From the human T2T-CHM13v2.0 reference genome, Homo sapiens: 64,000 nucleotides of DNA. Each line of letters begins with the position of its first letter. The first letter of the stretch is position 1. Under the pieces are notes generated by a model. The model had not been told where the DNA came from. It saw only the letters and a list, made by a program, of their open reading frames with translations, and made no database searches. Where the stretch lies: assembly GCF_009914755.1 (NCBI RefSeq), contig NC_060928.1, one strand, 5' to 3'. This document shows positions 1 to 12,699 of this stretch, in pieces. The translations under genes and the position numbers were made by a program.

Positions 1-3000
1 TTCCCCATATTCCCAATTCCACTCTAGACACTTCCTTTCTCCTGGATTTGTGGGCTTTACTTCTCTCGACTCCTTCTCCTCCCTTTCTTTCTGCCACCTC
101 TTCCCTGTTCCCTATCCAGTGGGAGAGTAACAGGGATCCTATGAGAGAAGGACTCATAAGGCCAGGAGACTGAGCGAGTCTAATGATAGAAAGTTGCGTG
201 GTATCATGGCTCCTCCATGTTTCAGTCTTCAAATAACCTCAAAGCTATTATTCTGATTTAGAATACACTATATTTAGAATTAGTTTTATTTCTGGAAACT
301 ATGCAAACCAAGACATTCCATTTTTATGGCGATATTCTAGCCTTCTTTTTTATGTTTATACAGAATCTTGGTAAATTTTGCCAAAGTGTCCCTATAGCCC
401 CTTTATGTCTTAAAGGGTGCCAAAGAGAAGGAAAAAGAGATTTGATTTGTTACCTATTTACTTGTTACCCAAGAGGCAGATCTAGGACCACAGTGAGAAT
501 ATTATTGAAAAGATTTGACTTAATTTGAATCCAGGGAGGGGAAGGCCCAAGGATAAGCTATGGACTGTCAATATATTTCACTTGTGACATACCATTTTTT
601 GAATGTGTCCTTTTCTGAAAGTTCTCAGCTCTTCCTGAAATAAGCCAATTTTGTAAGAACAAGATGAGTTTCTCAGATTTTTGATAGTTTCAACTCTTCG
701 GTGAAAACTGAGCAACATATGAACAATTCCATCTTTTCAACTATTTGATAGGCAATGCAGGCCCCAAAATATTCAGAAAAGAGGAAGGGCACACCCAACA
801 AAAGAAACACTCCTTCCCTGCTAAGATCAGAATTGGCTGGAGAGTGAAACCACAATGATTGCTGTTACAATGCCATATGGATTCAAGTCTGGTCTATATT
901 ATAAATGCTGAGGGAGTCTTAACCTCCTCCTAAGCCCCCCAGCCTTCTGTCCTTGACTGGAAGCCAAGGTTTTGCTGTACATTTTGAAGCATCGTCCAAG
1001 TATTCTCCTGCTCTCTTGCCTGTAAAGAACAGAGGCTGTCTTGGATAACGTGTCCATGAGAGAGTCCACCCTCACACACTGTACAGTCCAAGAAAGATAT
1101 GTCACTATGTATATCCACAGCTCTTACAAAACCACACAGTCATGCTGTATGCAACACTCTTCTGCAGGACAAAAGGTACTGGAACTTTCCATGTGGGAAG
1201 ACATGGTCCTGCTGTTGTAGAGATGGCTCAGGGGGATAAGGGAGGTACCAGAGGTGAGGATATGAGGCTATGAGAAAATACCTCTAAAGAGAGAGGCCAG
1301 AACTGAGATGTGTGACGCTTTGGCCCCATTTTATGCACAGCTGTGTTATAAATGTGATGAACTAGCATTTCTTGGATCATGTTCAGCCTGGGCCATGGGA
1401 CAGCAAAGGTGGGAATAAAAACAATGTTACCTTAGGCCTGCCCTCCCCCAGGATGTGTATATCTAAGAGCTGAAAATTGCTGAGATCTGTCTTCACAGCT
1501 GCAAGGGCTTAGGATTGTATGAATATAATATGTATTTTGTAACTCCAAGTTCCTAGTTGTCCATAATTTAGAAGGAGAGGATCTCTCTGAGTCCCTATCT
1601 GTCTGTCTGTCTCTGTCTCTCACATCTATTTTAGGACTTGTTAGAGAAGAAAGTCCTTAAGCCAGTTTAGATGTCCTCTTGAGATCATGAGGGTAAGAGG
1701 GTGGTGGTGATTTTTGGTGGTGACTTTGTCATAGGCCATTCATCCATTCACTCTAACAATCATCAAATAATTGGCCTTATATTTGGGTGAATCTCTGAGT
1801 AAACTGCAGTCAAACAGTTCTCGGATTGCAAGAGGCTCTATGGGCATTCCTGCTCCACTGGAGAACTATGTTTGAAATTAACAAAATATATAGGCATCTT
1901 CTAAAATGTCTGCCTGCCCTGTATCCCCGATATTAATTCTCTCTCTGTATCTATATGCCTTCCTTGTTAGATCATAACTCTACAGAAATTATTTTATTTT
2001 TCATCTCAGAAGACATGATTATATTATAGGAATGGAGGCCAAATTACTAGTGGGGAAACTGAGTACTACCAAAAAGGAGTTAACTGTTACAGCCTGGCCA
2101 CAGGGCAGGGATGGGAAATGCAGAGACAGACTAAGGTTTACACATCTCACTTGGCTGCCATCCTCCTGAGAAAAACAGTACATCCTCTATTGATTTCCAT
2201 GTCTCAGTGAACCAGATATAATTATAAATATGAGGGTGGGAAAATCACTAAGGAAACTTAATTTTGAGAAGAAACAGACAACTAGTTCTGTCAGATGAAA
2301 GTCTTCCCATGCGAAGACTAAGCAAGCAGGAGTAGCAGCTGATGGGCAAACTTCCCTTATATTTTGTAGGCTGCATACAAGCACATTCTCTAGGTAAAAT
2401 TAGGTTTAACGTTTACATCAGTTGGTGCCTGTTTGAGCTTTAGTGTTGAGCCTAAGTGAAAAGGCTCACTCTAGGGATTATATAAAAATGTTCCAGTCAA
2501 GTATGATGAACTAACTTCCTCATGTTCAGAAAAAGAGTGAATTGGCTTAGAAATTACACTCTAGCCAGAAACCTATATCCTTAAATAAGCCTTTGGTCAT
2601 ACTGTTTACATTCATTAAAAAACCCCAGTATTACTGGGGACTAAACCTAATATATTAGATACGGTAAGAAGAAAGCACAGAAAATTTTTGGCAACCTCAG
2701 CTGAAGAAGCAAAGATACGAATAACTTTCCAAATTCTTGAAATTGAAAGGACATCAGTTTCATCATTCATGGGCCCTTCCTTTAGAGAAGGGAACCCTGA
2801 AGAGGGCAAGACAAGTTGCTGGCCACAGAAGATCCCTGGAAGCTAATGCTCTAAGAAAGCTTGTTCATAGAACATCAGTTTCACTCTGTCATAGAATCCC
2901 AGACTATGACACCAGCTACTTTTCTTAAGTCATGTAGAAAACCACACCCAGTTGCATCTATATTCTAGAATAAGTAAATTAAAATTCTCCCTTCCAGCTA

Positions 3001-3257
3001 ATAAAACTCCAGTGGGGACTTAATCCTTTTAGTGTTCATTACAGAATGCATAAAATGAGAACAAAACTTTGTAGGAGACTGATAGAGTCTCAAAATGAGG
3101 GCCTCTCCATTGTTTCAGAACCTAGAAGGGCTCATAGTAACGCTCGTGAAATGAAAGTGAAATTCTAATGGAAATTTTCTAGTAGCAATAAGATAAATTG
3201 AAAGTGTTCTCTGTCCTTTTATTCTCTTTCTTTTGGGGCTGAATCCATTTGACAAAG

Positions 3258-3260
<3 letters not shown>

Positions 3261-3306
<46 letters not shown>
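3261..3306 (+). repeat. (TG)23 microsatellite
   Basis: Uninterrupted TG dinucleotide run read directly. Confidence 0.98.
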
Positions 3307-3309
<3 letters not shown>

Positions 3310-4884
3310 ACAGCAAACTTTTAAAAAATTAATTCTAAAAATTTGGGGAAGAAATAGAAGTAGTTAAGAAGCAGCAGGAAAACAATAGAGTGAACTGTGG
3401 GATAGAGTTTGTGCCAATGTCAGCACATACATTTTTGTACATGATAATTTGAAAAATAGTTTATAGTTCTTCAACCTAACAACTGAGACCCCACACACTG
3501 CAAAATAATCACGCTACTGAAGCAAACAAACAAAAACTGCTACTGAAAAATAATCACCTTTTACAAAACAGTGGCCCAACATTAACAGAAACTGAGGTCA
3601 ATTTAAGCACACAATATTTTCACAGCCCCTTCAAAACCAAGCAAACTTATCCTCTTTTTTAAATAGTAAAGTTGAAAGTGAACCTCATTTGAACTATTGC
3701 CCCCCATATCAACAATTCAATTTCCAAAAGCTACTGAGACATGAGTTCCTTTTTTTTCTTCCACTGCTTTCTCATCCTCCAAGTTGTCTTTTATTCTACA
3801 AGCACTGTGACTGTTAATTTTCTTTACTCTCTAGTTAAAAAAATTGGTTTTCTCAAATGTTTTTACATAAAAAGAGCAGTGGAAACTCATGTCTCTTGAA
3901 CTTGGCTCATCTTAATTATTTTTAGTCCTACAGGGCTTCTTTAAGTCTATAAGAGTCAATAAATTTCCAAATTTTTTTTTCAAACTCCATCATCTGTTTT
4001 ACTCCTTAGTTCCAGGCACTTTGAAAACTCTAACTTTGATACTAGTTGCTTTTTTTTTTTTGGCTGAACTTTTCTCCCATTATCATGCATTCCTATGTCA
4101 TTTCCATTGTTCCTCTCATGGCCTAGTCTTTTTCTACTTCTCTCTTTCCTCTTTTATCTTTCTTTTTTGGTCTACACAGCTGGGATCCATTCTAAGCATT
4201 TCCAAAATCACTTTTACCCATAATTCTTTTCACAGATTGTTAGCCTGTTGGAGAGGTGAGAATAGCCTTTGAGGTATAATCAAGATTTCATAAACAGTAA
4301 GGAACAGTTTGTCAGTCTTTCTTGATGAGTGGGCTAATGACTCTTTTTAAGGCTGAATTAAATACTGCAATTGTTAATTAACTCTCTTGATAAGAAATAA
4401 CTCAAGGAAAAGCATGACTAAATAAAGCCGCAGTATGCCCACTCTTGACAATACAGTATTCATCTCAAGGTTTTTGCCCTCGTTGTCAAACCTCTTATAA
4501 GAACTGAATTTATTAAAATTTCAAACTTTATAAAACAGTTTCCTTTCTTAGGATGTAGGACTTACTGGTGACTAAAGTGGAAAAATGCTAAGAAACCGAG
4601 GAAGGACATTTTCATATCAGCAGATTCTAATAGGGAGAATGATTTTTCTCTTAGTCTGTGACTCACACCAATGCCAAGCTTCTGTAAAAATGGGAAGTAT
4701 ATTTCTTAGCCTTAATTTTGTAGCATGAGTTTATGAAATACATAATGCAGGAATACTAAAGGTGTCTAATTTTTTCTCTAATTCCAAGAGAAAGAAGAAA
4801 GCACAAGGATACAACATCTAGATATGAAGTGGAGCTACCCAAAGTGGAAGGAGCTAGTGTCCTTAAAGAATATTTAACTCTTAG

Positions 4885-5008
4885 TCTCTCCCTACCCTGG
4901 GAGCTCACTGAGAGAAGGGCCTGTAATTTATCCATTTTTATGTTTGGCATACTTGGCACGGAGCCTAGGACATTGTAAGTGTTTAGTACATATTTGTTGA
5001 ATAAATGA
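4885..5008 (+). mobile_element. L2 (LINE-2) 3' end fragment
   Basis: Ends ggagcctaggacattgtaagtgtttagtacatatttgttgaataaatga, a degenerate form of the L2 terminal gcctggcacatagtaggtgctcaataaatatttgttgaatgaatgaa. Confidence 0.7.
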
Positions 5009-6227
5009 GGATGACTGCAAATATTAAACATTTTAAACGAGCACAATCTGAAGTGGATATATTGGAAAGATATTTATTTTTTGGATTATTAGCTTTATAA
5101 GGAAAAACTATTACTTATTTAGGTTATATTCCAAAATACTAATTTTGACTTTGTATACTGTGGGTGTTTGGGACATACATTATTTAAAATTAATTGTCAT
5201 AGAGGATTCATTCAATATCAACTTCCATCTTTTCCTGATGGATGTGTTGAAAGCCTCTCTTTGTGTGTTTCTCAATAAGTTCCCTAAGGAAAATTGGGTT
5301 AGTGTCAGACCTTCTAAGTCACATTTAAACAATCATAGAATCTTAAGACTCTTGTCACTGACAAGTGCTGCAGACTAGCAGAAGTAAAGTTAAGATGATA
5401 CTCTGGCCTTCTAATTTGAGGACAGATCTTTACGATCCAAACCACCCCTGCATTAATGACTCAGAATCTGTTCTGGGTTTCTGAAGATTTCATAGCATGT
5501 ATACATCTGAAGTTCACTATAAACCCACACATATTTTCCCGAGGGATTAACCTTCATTGAAAAGCAAAAACACTCTAAACTTTTTAATATAATTGAAGTC
5601 ATTGAAGTCATTAAGGTTAATTTTTAACAATTATAGGATTTCCAGGAAGTCTTTTGAGATGTATTTTGCCAAGAGCAAACAAATTTAAACACCCAAAGAC
5701 TCATTTTTTTTTTAGTTCAAAACTACAGACCCCATTAGAGTGGGTCAGCTTCTAAATTTGGCAAAACTCCATTTCCTAGTTCTCCAGAAATGAGTATCAA
5801 TCACCCCAAACAAGCAGCCAGCTACTAATCAGCAACCACATAAATGAGTCTCATTGAAAATACTTTAAGCTATTTCATGTGTCAAGTTAGAAAAAGCTGG
5901 GGAAAAGCTTTTCCCCTTTTGATTAAGCATCACAAATGAGCATTTCATTTAAGCAAATGCTTTCTGCAACCTAATTTGGAGAATGCACAGGACAGCAAAG
6001 TTTTTACTGAGAATATGGGAGGAAACATGGAAAGAAACATGAATATACTTATGGATGTGCTACCTTGGGATAAGTGAGTATCTATCACAACTAAAATGAC
6101 AGTTAATCTTTACAAAAGGCATATACGTATATATTTTAACCAAACATTAATCCTTAAAGAGGAAAAGAAAAACATGCATCATTTAACAGGCTCAAGAAAA
6201 CACCATTTAATCAAAAGTGGTGCTAAA

Positions 6228-6700
6228 CCAAGCATTCCTACATAGGGACTCCCCCCATCCTCAAGAGATATGTAGATAGAAAATCTAGGGGGGTTGCAGA
6301 TTTAGATGGGAAAAAGGTACATTTTATTTTTACTAACCTATAACTTAAATTTAGACATTTCCTACCATTATGAATGCAGACAACCCAAAACATTCGTATT
6401 AGTAGTATCGATGACTTTGTCTCCAATAGAAATAAGATATTTACATAACAGTGTATTTATTATAGATACTTAGAAATTTTATTCTCATTCCTATTTTAAT
6501 ATTGTGGTAGTCATTAGACCAATTGTTAGATTTTGCTTGTTACTTAATGTTTAAATAAGAAATATTACCATAAATGTTTTCTTAATTTTTTGACACCATT
6601 TCAATATACTGGTTTCCTTTATATTTTAAGCATTAAAAACATTATTCCAAGCCAGTATTCTTTAGCTTCACCCATATGCAAAAGGTAAGAATTTTAACTG
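6228..6700 (+). mobile_element. hAT-Charlie non-autonomous DNA transposon fossil (Charlie4a-like)
   Basis: Blocks gatgggaaaaaggtacattttatttttactaacc, attatgaatgcagacaac and tttcaatatactggtttccttt...attaaaaacattattcc resemble the recalled Charlie-family consensus in collinear order. Confidence 0.6.
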
Positions 6701-7766
6701 TAAGAGTTTGAAAAAGAGTCATCAACATATTTTGTTCATATTTGGGATGAGTGTTTAATTCAACAGACACTTTGGCGCATTCTCTACTCTCTTTACGAAA
6801 TTATGCACTATAATGGGAGCTTAATGGCCATACACTGATAAATAATAGTTCCTTGTAAGCTAACTTGCTGATGAACATTAGCTAGATATATTATCTAAGC
6901 AATATATACTTTGCATATTTTGGAATAGAGAATATTCTTATAAACTTTTACTCATTAGCTTTGTACTAGCTATTCCTCAAACTTGACAAATTTTTGTATT
7001 TATTGAGGCAATTTATTCAGCTAGTTCTTCAAAACACAGGATTTAGGGAAATGAGGATAAATCACTTCTTGATTTTATGATAAATGAAAGAGCCTAATTA
7101 CTTCATTTTTACGTATTTTTTACATTGTACTGCTATAGTCTGTATTCTTAAATAGTGACTACACTTTACATATTGACATTAATATATTATGAATTCTATA
7201 CTACTTTGTTTATTCATCTATTCTGCCATTCTTGGAGCCCATGGCATAAAGTTGTGTTAAGCATTGGTTCTTTGCTTATCCTATCATTTTGTGGAGTTCA
7301 TTTCCTGTGGCCTTTTCAACATGCAATAAATTATGTCAGTGCTTTCAATGTTAGGAATTACTAAAAATATACTTTTAAAAACTATTACATTTTGGAATTT
7401 TTAGAAATAGAATAACAAGACACCTGGGACATTTTACATGGATTAATGAAGTGAGGTTTGCCTTAATGGAAGAAGCAATCTCTGCATATGTGTGTATGTG
7501 TGTTTACTACATCTTCTTAATCTCATTCATCCCAAACCATTTTCAACACTTTGCTCCCCATTCCCCATCTTCCAACACCTTTCACTAAATATTTTGAGAG
7601 GCAGTGGTAAGAGGGAGATGAAAAATGAAGAAGCAAATAAAAAAGGGGTAGTAGAGTCATTTAATATATATATATATATATTCATAAAGAAGAAAAGTAC
7701 TCCCTAAAATTAAAGCACCATTTTCCATTAGTAGGCTACTTTTCCAGCACTGAAGGAAAAAAACCG

Positions 7767-8345
7767 TCTTTCCTCCTTTCCTTTCTTCCTTTTTCCTTCA
7801 CTTCTCCACTCCTTCCTTCTTTCATTCCTTCCTTCCTTTCCTTTTCCTCCTCCTCCTTATTCTTCATTTTCATCTTCTTCTCCTTTTCATTTCTTTCTTC
7901 TTTTTCCTTTCCTTTCTTCCTTTTTCTTTTCCTTTCCTCTTCCTTCCCTTCTCCCTTCCTTCCTTCTTTCCTTCCTTCCTTTCCTTTTCCTCCTCCTACT
8001 TATTCTTCGTTTTCATGTTCTTCTTCTTCTCCTTTTCTTTCTTTCTTTTTCTTTCTTTTTCTCCTTCCTTCCTTTCCTCTTCCTCCTCCTCCTCTTCCTT
8101 CTCTTCCTCCTTATTCTTTGTTTTCATTTTCTTCTTCTCTTTCTTCTTTTTCTCTATTTCTCCCCCCTTCCTTCCTTTCCTCTTCCTCCTCCTCCTCTTT
8201 CTTCATCTTCATTTTCTTCTTCTTTCTTTCTTTCTTTCCTTTCTTTTCTCTATTTCTTCCTTCCTTCATTCATTTGTTCTTTTTATTCTTTCTTTCTTTC
8301 TTTTTCTCTTTTTCCTTCCATTATATTTCTTCTTTCTGTCTTTCA
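7767..8345 (+). repeat. Long CT-rich polypyrimidine/polypurine low-complexity tract
   Basis: Nearly all C/T on the + strand (TTC, TCC, TTCC, TTTC motifs). Generates the spurious F/S/L-rich ORFs 8015-8368 and 8118-8381. Confidence 0.97.
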
Positions 8346-8347
8346 TT

Positions 8348-8500
8348 ATATTCCAGGCACTGTTTTAAGTGCTGGGGATGAACAAAATTAATGAGAGAGA
8401 GAAAGAAACTTGCTCTCAAATAGCCTACATTCTGGTTGCAAGGATAGCCAACACACAAAGTAATTTAAAATAAAGGATAAAGTTAAGCATCAAGTAGGAA
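8348..8500 (-). mobile_element. L2 3' region fragment
   Basis: tatattccaggcactgttttaagtgctggggat...ttgctctcaaatagcctacattct is typical antisense L2 3' sequence. Confidence 0.7.
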
Positions 8501-8538
8501 TACCAAATGTGAAAGACTTTTAACATTAGTGATGGTTC

Positions 8539-8705
8539 TTTTTTTAAAAAGCCAGTTTTTGAAGTATAATTGACAATGAATGCTGTACATATTTAATGTA
8601 TACAACTTGATGAATTTGGAGATAAATATACACTTGTGAAACCATCACCATCAATCAATGCAATAAACATGTCCATCACCTCCCAAAGTTTCCTCCTGCC
8701 CTCCT
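8539..8705 (-). mobile_element. Old L1 (L1MA/L1MB-type) 3' end fragment
   Basis: ttgaagtataattgaca...atttaatgtatacaacttgatgaatttgg...tgtgaaaccatcacca...catcacctcccaaagtttcctcctgccc matches an antisense L1M 3'UTR. Confidence 0.8.
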
Positions 8706-8799
8706 AATTAATTAATGTGTGTGTTTGCAAATAAGACCATCAGGGAGGCCAATATGGCCGGAAGAATCAGAAAGGTAATGGAGTGAAGGAAAAATCACA

Positions 8800-9510
8800 T
8801 AAGATGTTAGGACTATGACTTTTACTGTGACACGAGGAATGACTGGACAGTTTTGAAAAGAAGAGTGACACGATTTAACTTACCTGTAAACATTACTGAT
8901 GATTGTGAAGAGAGTAGACTGCAGGGGGTGTGGTCGGTGGGAGGGAAGGGTGGAAGCATGGAGATCAGTTGGGGGCAATCTGTGAATGCCCATGAGAGGT
9001 GGTTGTGGCTTAGAACAAATGGTAGCAGTTGTGAATAGAAGTGGGTGAGTTGTTGATGTATTCTAAGGTAAGCCAATGGGACTTGCTGCCGATTTGGTTT
9101 AGGTTATAAGAAAAAGAAAGTATTTAAAGATTACTAAGACGTTTGAGGCAGAACAACTCGAAAATTGAAGTTGCCATGAACTCAGGTGGGAAAGCATGTT
9201 TGGGGGCCGGTGTCTGGACATATTTAACATATTCAGTTTGAGCTGCTTCTTCCACATCCAAGTGAAGAATTCAAGTCAGGAGCTGGATATAGGAATTTAA
9301 ATTTTGGGGAAGGGTCATGCTGGTAATATGAATTTGGGAATCATCAATATATAGATGATCGCTAAAGACCTGGGTCTGGGTGAGAGTAGGGGATGAATGT
9401 AAATAGGAAAGACCATAAAAGAGAAGAGGCTCAAGTTCAAGGCCCCATAAGATATGGGGGAGATAAGGAAGGACTAGTGAGAACCCTGAGAAAATCCAGG
9501 AAGGTAGGAA
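8800..9510 (-). mobile_element. L2 body fragment
   Basis: Purine-rich antisense L2 phrases: gttttgaaaagaagagtgacacgattt, ggtagcagttgtgaatagaagtgg, catccaagtgaaga, aatttgggaatcatcaatatatagatg. Confidence 0.75.
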
Positions 9511-10515
9511 AAATGCCCGGCAATGATTCCTCCTTGTGCTTTTCCATCCCCTGATATGGAGGGGTTGTACATGTTAGCAGTGACAGTCTAGTCCTGGAAA
9601 ATACAGTGGGGATGATGTTGTTTAGTTCAAATGTGTTTAAAGATGCTGAGAAGTATACCATATGCAGTCCACTGATATTTTTCTTCGATTTGAATTAAGA
9701 CTTCCTGGCTACAGAACACTAAAAATATATCATGCTGAAAAATGGACACACAGAACACTCTGTGTGTGTGTTTTTCACAGCTTTCCGTGACATTTTAACT
9801 AAGTGTGGAGGATATTGTTCTGCTTTTCATTACACTTGGTATGGCTAATGCTGAATGAGTGGGGGTTACAGTCATACCATGTGACAGATGGCTGTGTCAT
9901 AGGCACACTGCAGGGATGAGCAGAAGGAAATGTGGCTACAAGAGATCAACTCTTGATTCAGCTGCACATAGCGTGGTAGAGTGGGAATGTAAATCAAGAA
10001 AGTTACTCATCAAAATAAAGCTTCCCTTCAGGTTGTTTCTTTTTCACCATTACCTCAAAGTATGCATATTTTCTCAGTTCAAGCTATCTCCACCACTATT
10101 GGAACAATCAGTTATATTTGCAAAAAATGCCCTTTTCATGTTATTTTGTGGAAAATCTAATTCAACAAAGGTTAATTTTAGTTTGGGAAAAAAACAATTT
10201 TCTCAGGAAATCCAATAATGATAGCTGTGAGTGGAAAGGAAGTCTAAGGGAAAGAAATCAAGAGCATAGATTGCTTATGTAAAACTGGATTTAAACTTTG
10301 GAAGCCAGATCCATTTGACTGGGGGAAAACACTAAATATCATTGTAAGATAATAGCCTAGATGTGGCCTTTGGTGGGGTTTGCCTTGCTTGTGCCTTGGG
10401 AGGTATTGAGTTCTTTTCTCTAGGAATAGCACCTTCCCCTGAGACAGATCGAGGAAGGCAAAAAAAAAACGAAGGCAAACATCAAATGTCTCAGTTCTTC
10501 CAATGGTATATAAAT

Positions 10516-10662
10516 CACTGTGCCTGGCTTCTTTAAATAAAAATGTAGAGATGGGTCTTGCTGTGCTGTCCAGCCTGGTCTTGAAGTCCTGGCTTCAAGC
10601 AATCCTCCTGCCTCAGCCTCCCAAAGTGCTGGGATTACAGGCATGAGCCACTGCACCTAGCC
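10516..10662 (-). mobile_element. Alu left monomer (FLAM or truncated AluJ-like)
   Basis: gtagagatgggtcttgctgtgctgtccagcctggtcttgaa...cctcccaaagtgctgggattacaggcatgagccactgcacctagcc, with only a remnant of the right arm. Confidence 0.92.
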
Positions 10663-11954
10663 TTATATGAGTAGTCTTAAGAAGAAAAAAAAAAAACATG
10701 TTTTGATAGAAGAAGTGCAAATTTTTAACTAAAATGAGTTTATGGAGATTTTGTGAAGTTACTTGCTCTTGCTTTCTCTGCCCCCACTCTGTACTTGGCA
10801 GCCTGCAGACACAAACCAAGGGAGCAAGTGACCACTTAGATGCAGAGGGAAGTGCCTCGCTCTCTGTCATTCTCTCCCTCTTATTGTCTCTTTCTCTGTC
10901 TGTCTGTCCATGTGGCTGTTGCTGTGTCTCTCCGACTCTGTTCTGTCTTTCTCCCATGATCTGTTCTCATCTTTCCCCTGAAGTTATCTTATCAACTTTA
11001 GAATTAACTGATTTTTTTTCCTAGATGAGATTTTGGATAGAAATGTATAATACGAAACAAGTTATATTACTTGCTTCTCGGGGGGGGTAAAAATACATTT
11101 CTTAGGCCTCATTTCATATTCATTCAAGAGAAAAAAATCCCATCTAACTAATTTCTGTTTTGTGCAGTAAACACTTGTTCTAGCGAGTGTGCACAGGATG
11201 ATGTTTGAATTCTAAGGTTTAGGTATACCAATCTGTGAGATAAAGGATAATAACAAGAACCTCTAAACCTACATTTTCAAAATTCACTTAAATGAGTTTG
11301 TGACAAGCATTTTTCATCTTATTCTTAGATATTGCTCTTGATAAATATTAAATAAAATAAGAAAAATTGAGCTAGACTCCTTATAGCCTCCCTTCTTACG
11401 GAAATACAATGCCATAAAAGAAAGTCAAGAGTTTTTTAGCTTCATCTGCACTCTTTCAAGCAAAAACAAAGAATTAATAGCAAATTAAAGGAATTAGCAG
11501 GGACATCAGACTAACTGCATAGAACCTCTTTTCCTTTTCTTTTTTTTTTTTTGTTTCCTTTTTGTTTTTTAAAGTATTTATTTAATCCTTTGAACTCCAT
11601 GATAAAATTAGGTCAATGACAGGTGATAGAGTTTAATGATGCGGTCAAAACATCCTAAGGAAATAAAAAGTCAAAAACAATTCAACTTGTGTTCAAGATT
11701 TATAGCTACTGACTTTGTGGCATTGAAGAAAAACCCATTAAGCATTTACTGCATCTCTTTTTCTCCCTGGAGGAAAATAAAGTATTTATCTCTGTGTACC
11801 ATGATTAGAGAATTGTCACCTTTCAAAAACAATGTCTTGTGTCCCCAGAGCAGGAACATAGCAAGCAAATCACACAGCAGTTTCTTCTGAACTTCTTGGG
11901 AATCATGTAATCATGCCTTTACTGAAGTATTTCCTGTAAATATGCAGAAGTGCA

Positions 11955-12146
11955 CATTTACTGAATGCCAACAGGTGCCAGACACTGAACTGCACGCTTG
12001 CCTTACTTTCAGCATTTCAACAACCTCATGATATGTTTTATTACTGTCATTTTCCAGATAAGCACAAGTTTCAGAAAATTTAAATGATTTCTTGGATGTT
12101 ACAGTTTGAAAAGCTGTAGAGCCAGGATTAGAACCTAGACCCATTC
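11955..12146 (-). mobile_element. MIR SINE
   Basis: catttactgaatgccaacaggtgccagacactg...cattttccagataag...gagccaggattagaacctag: antisense MIR tail and core. Confidence 0.75.
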
Positions 12147-12192
12147 AACCATGATAAATTATGTAATGTCTAAAATTACTTATATAAATTGA

Positions 12193-12225
12193 TGTGTGTG
12201 TGTGTGTGTGTGTGTATGTGTGTGT
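12193..12225 (+). repeat. (TG)n microsatellite with one interruption
   Basis: Read directly. Confidence 0.95.
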
Positions 12226-12699
12226 AGGCAACCAATGAACCAATGCAAGCCAATCAAAGTGGAGGAAGAGAGTATTGTTCTTTAGTCCTAGTGAATGGAA
12301 GTGATATTACACTTTCTGAGTTATGTCCTCAATGAAAAATGAGAAAAAAATCTTTTTCTTCTCTCATTGTCCAAACCTATGGACTGGAATGCAGTTATGC
12401 TGTTGAGTAATCTTCTACTATGCATATAAGGGCAATTCTTTAGGGACAGGAGAGGAACAAAATTAAAATATTTCAAGCTCTTAAAGCTTTTAAGCCGTCT
12501 TCAGAGGCCTGGAGTCTTATTCAAAATATTCCTGAAAATTTAGTTTGGATTTTCATTATATCAGACTATAGCATATTCTACCTAATATAGAGTTGAAGAC
12601 AGATTAAACATTATTTATCTAAACTACAGTTAAAGGGCTAGAAAAATAATAGAATAAAACTGAAAAAGTGGGAAAAAATAATAAGTGTTAGTTATCTAC

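Noticed and set aside
600-1480. Possible exon or LTR near the window start (AATAAA at about 1414)
   Set aside because: Could not be matched to a repeat family or a coherent reading frame; an isolated AATAAA is common in AT-rich DNA.
8015-8381. 117-aa and 87-aa F/S/L-rich ORFs resembling membrane proteins
   Set aside because: Translation of the CT tract, which almost cannot contain stop codons.
9747-9770. Short inverted repeats of 9 bp or less (here and at about 20690, 23711 and 51624)
   Set aside because: Expected by chance or produced by CA/TG and AT-rich low complexity.
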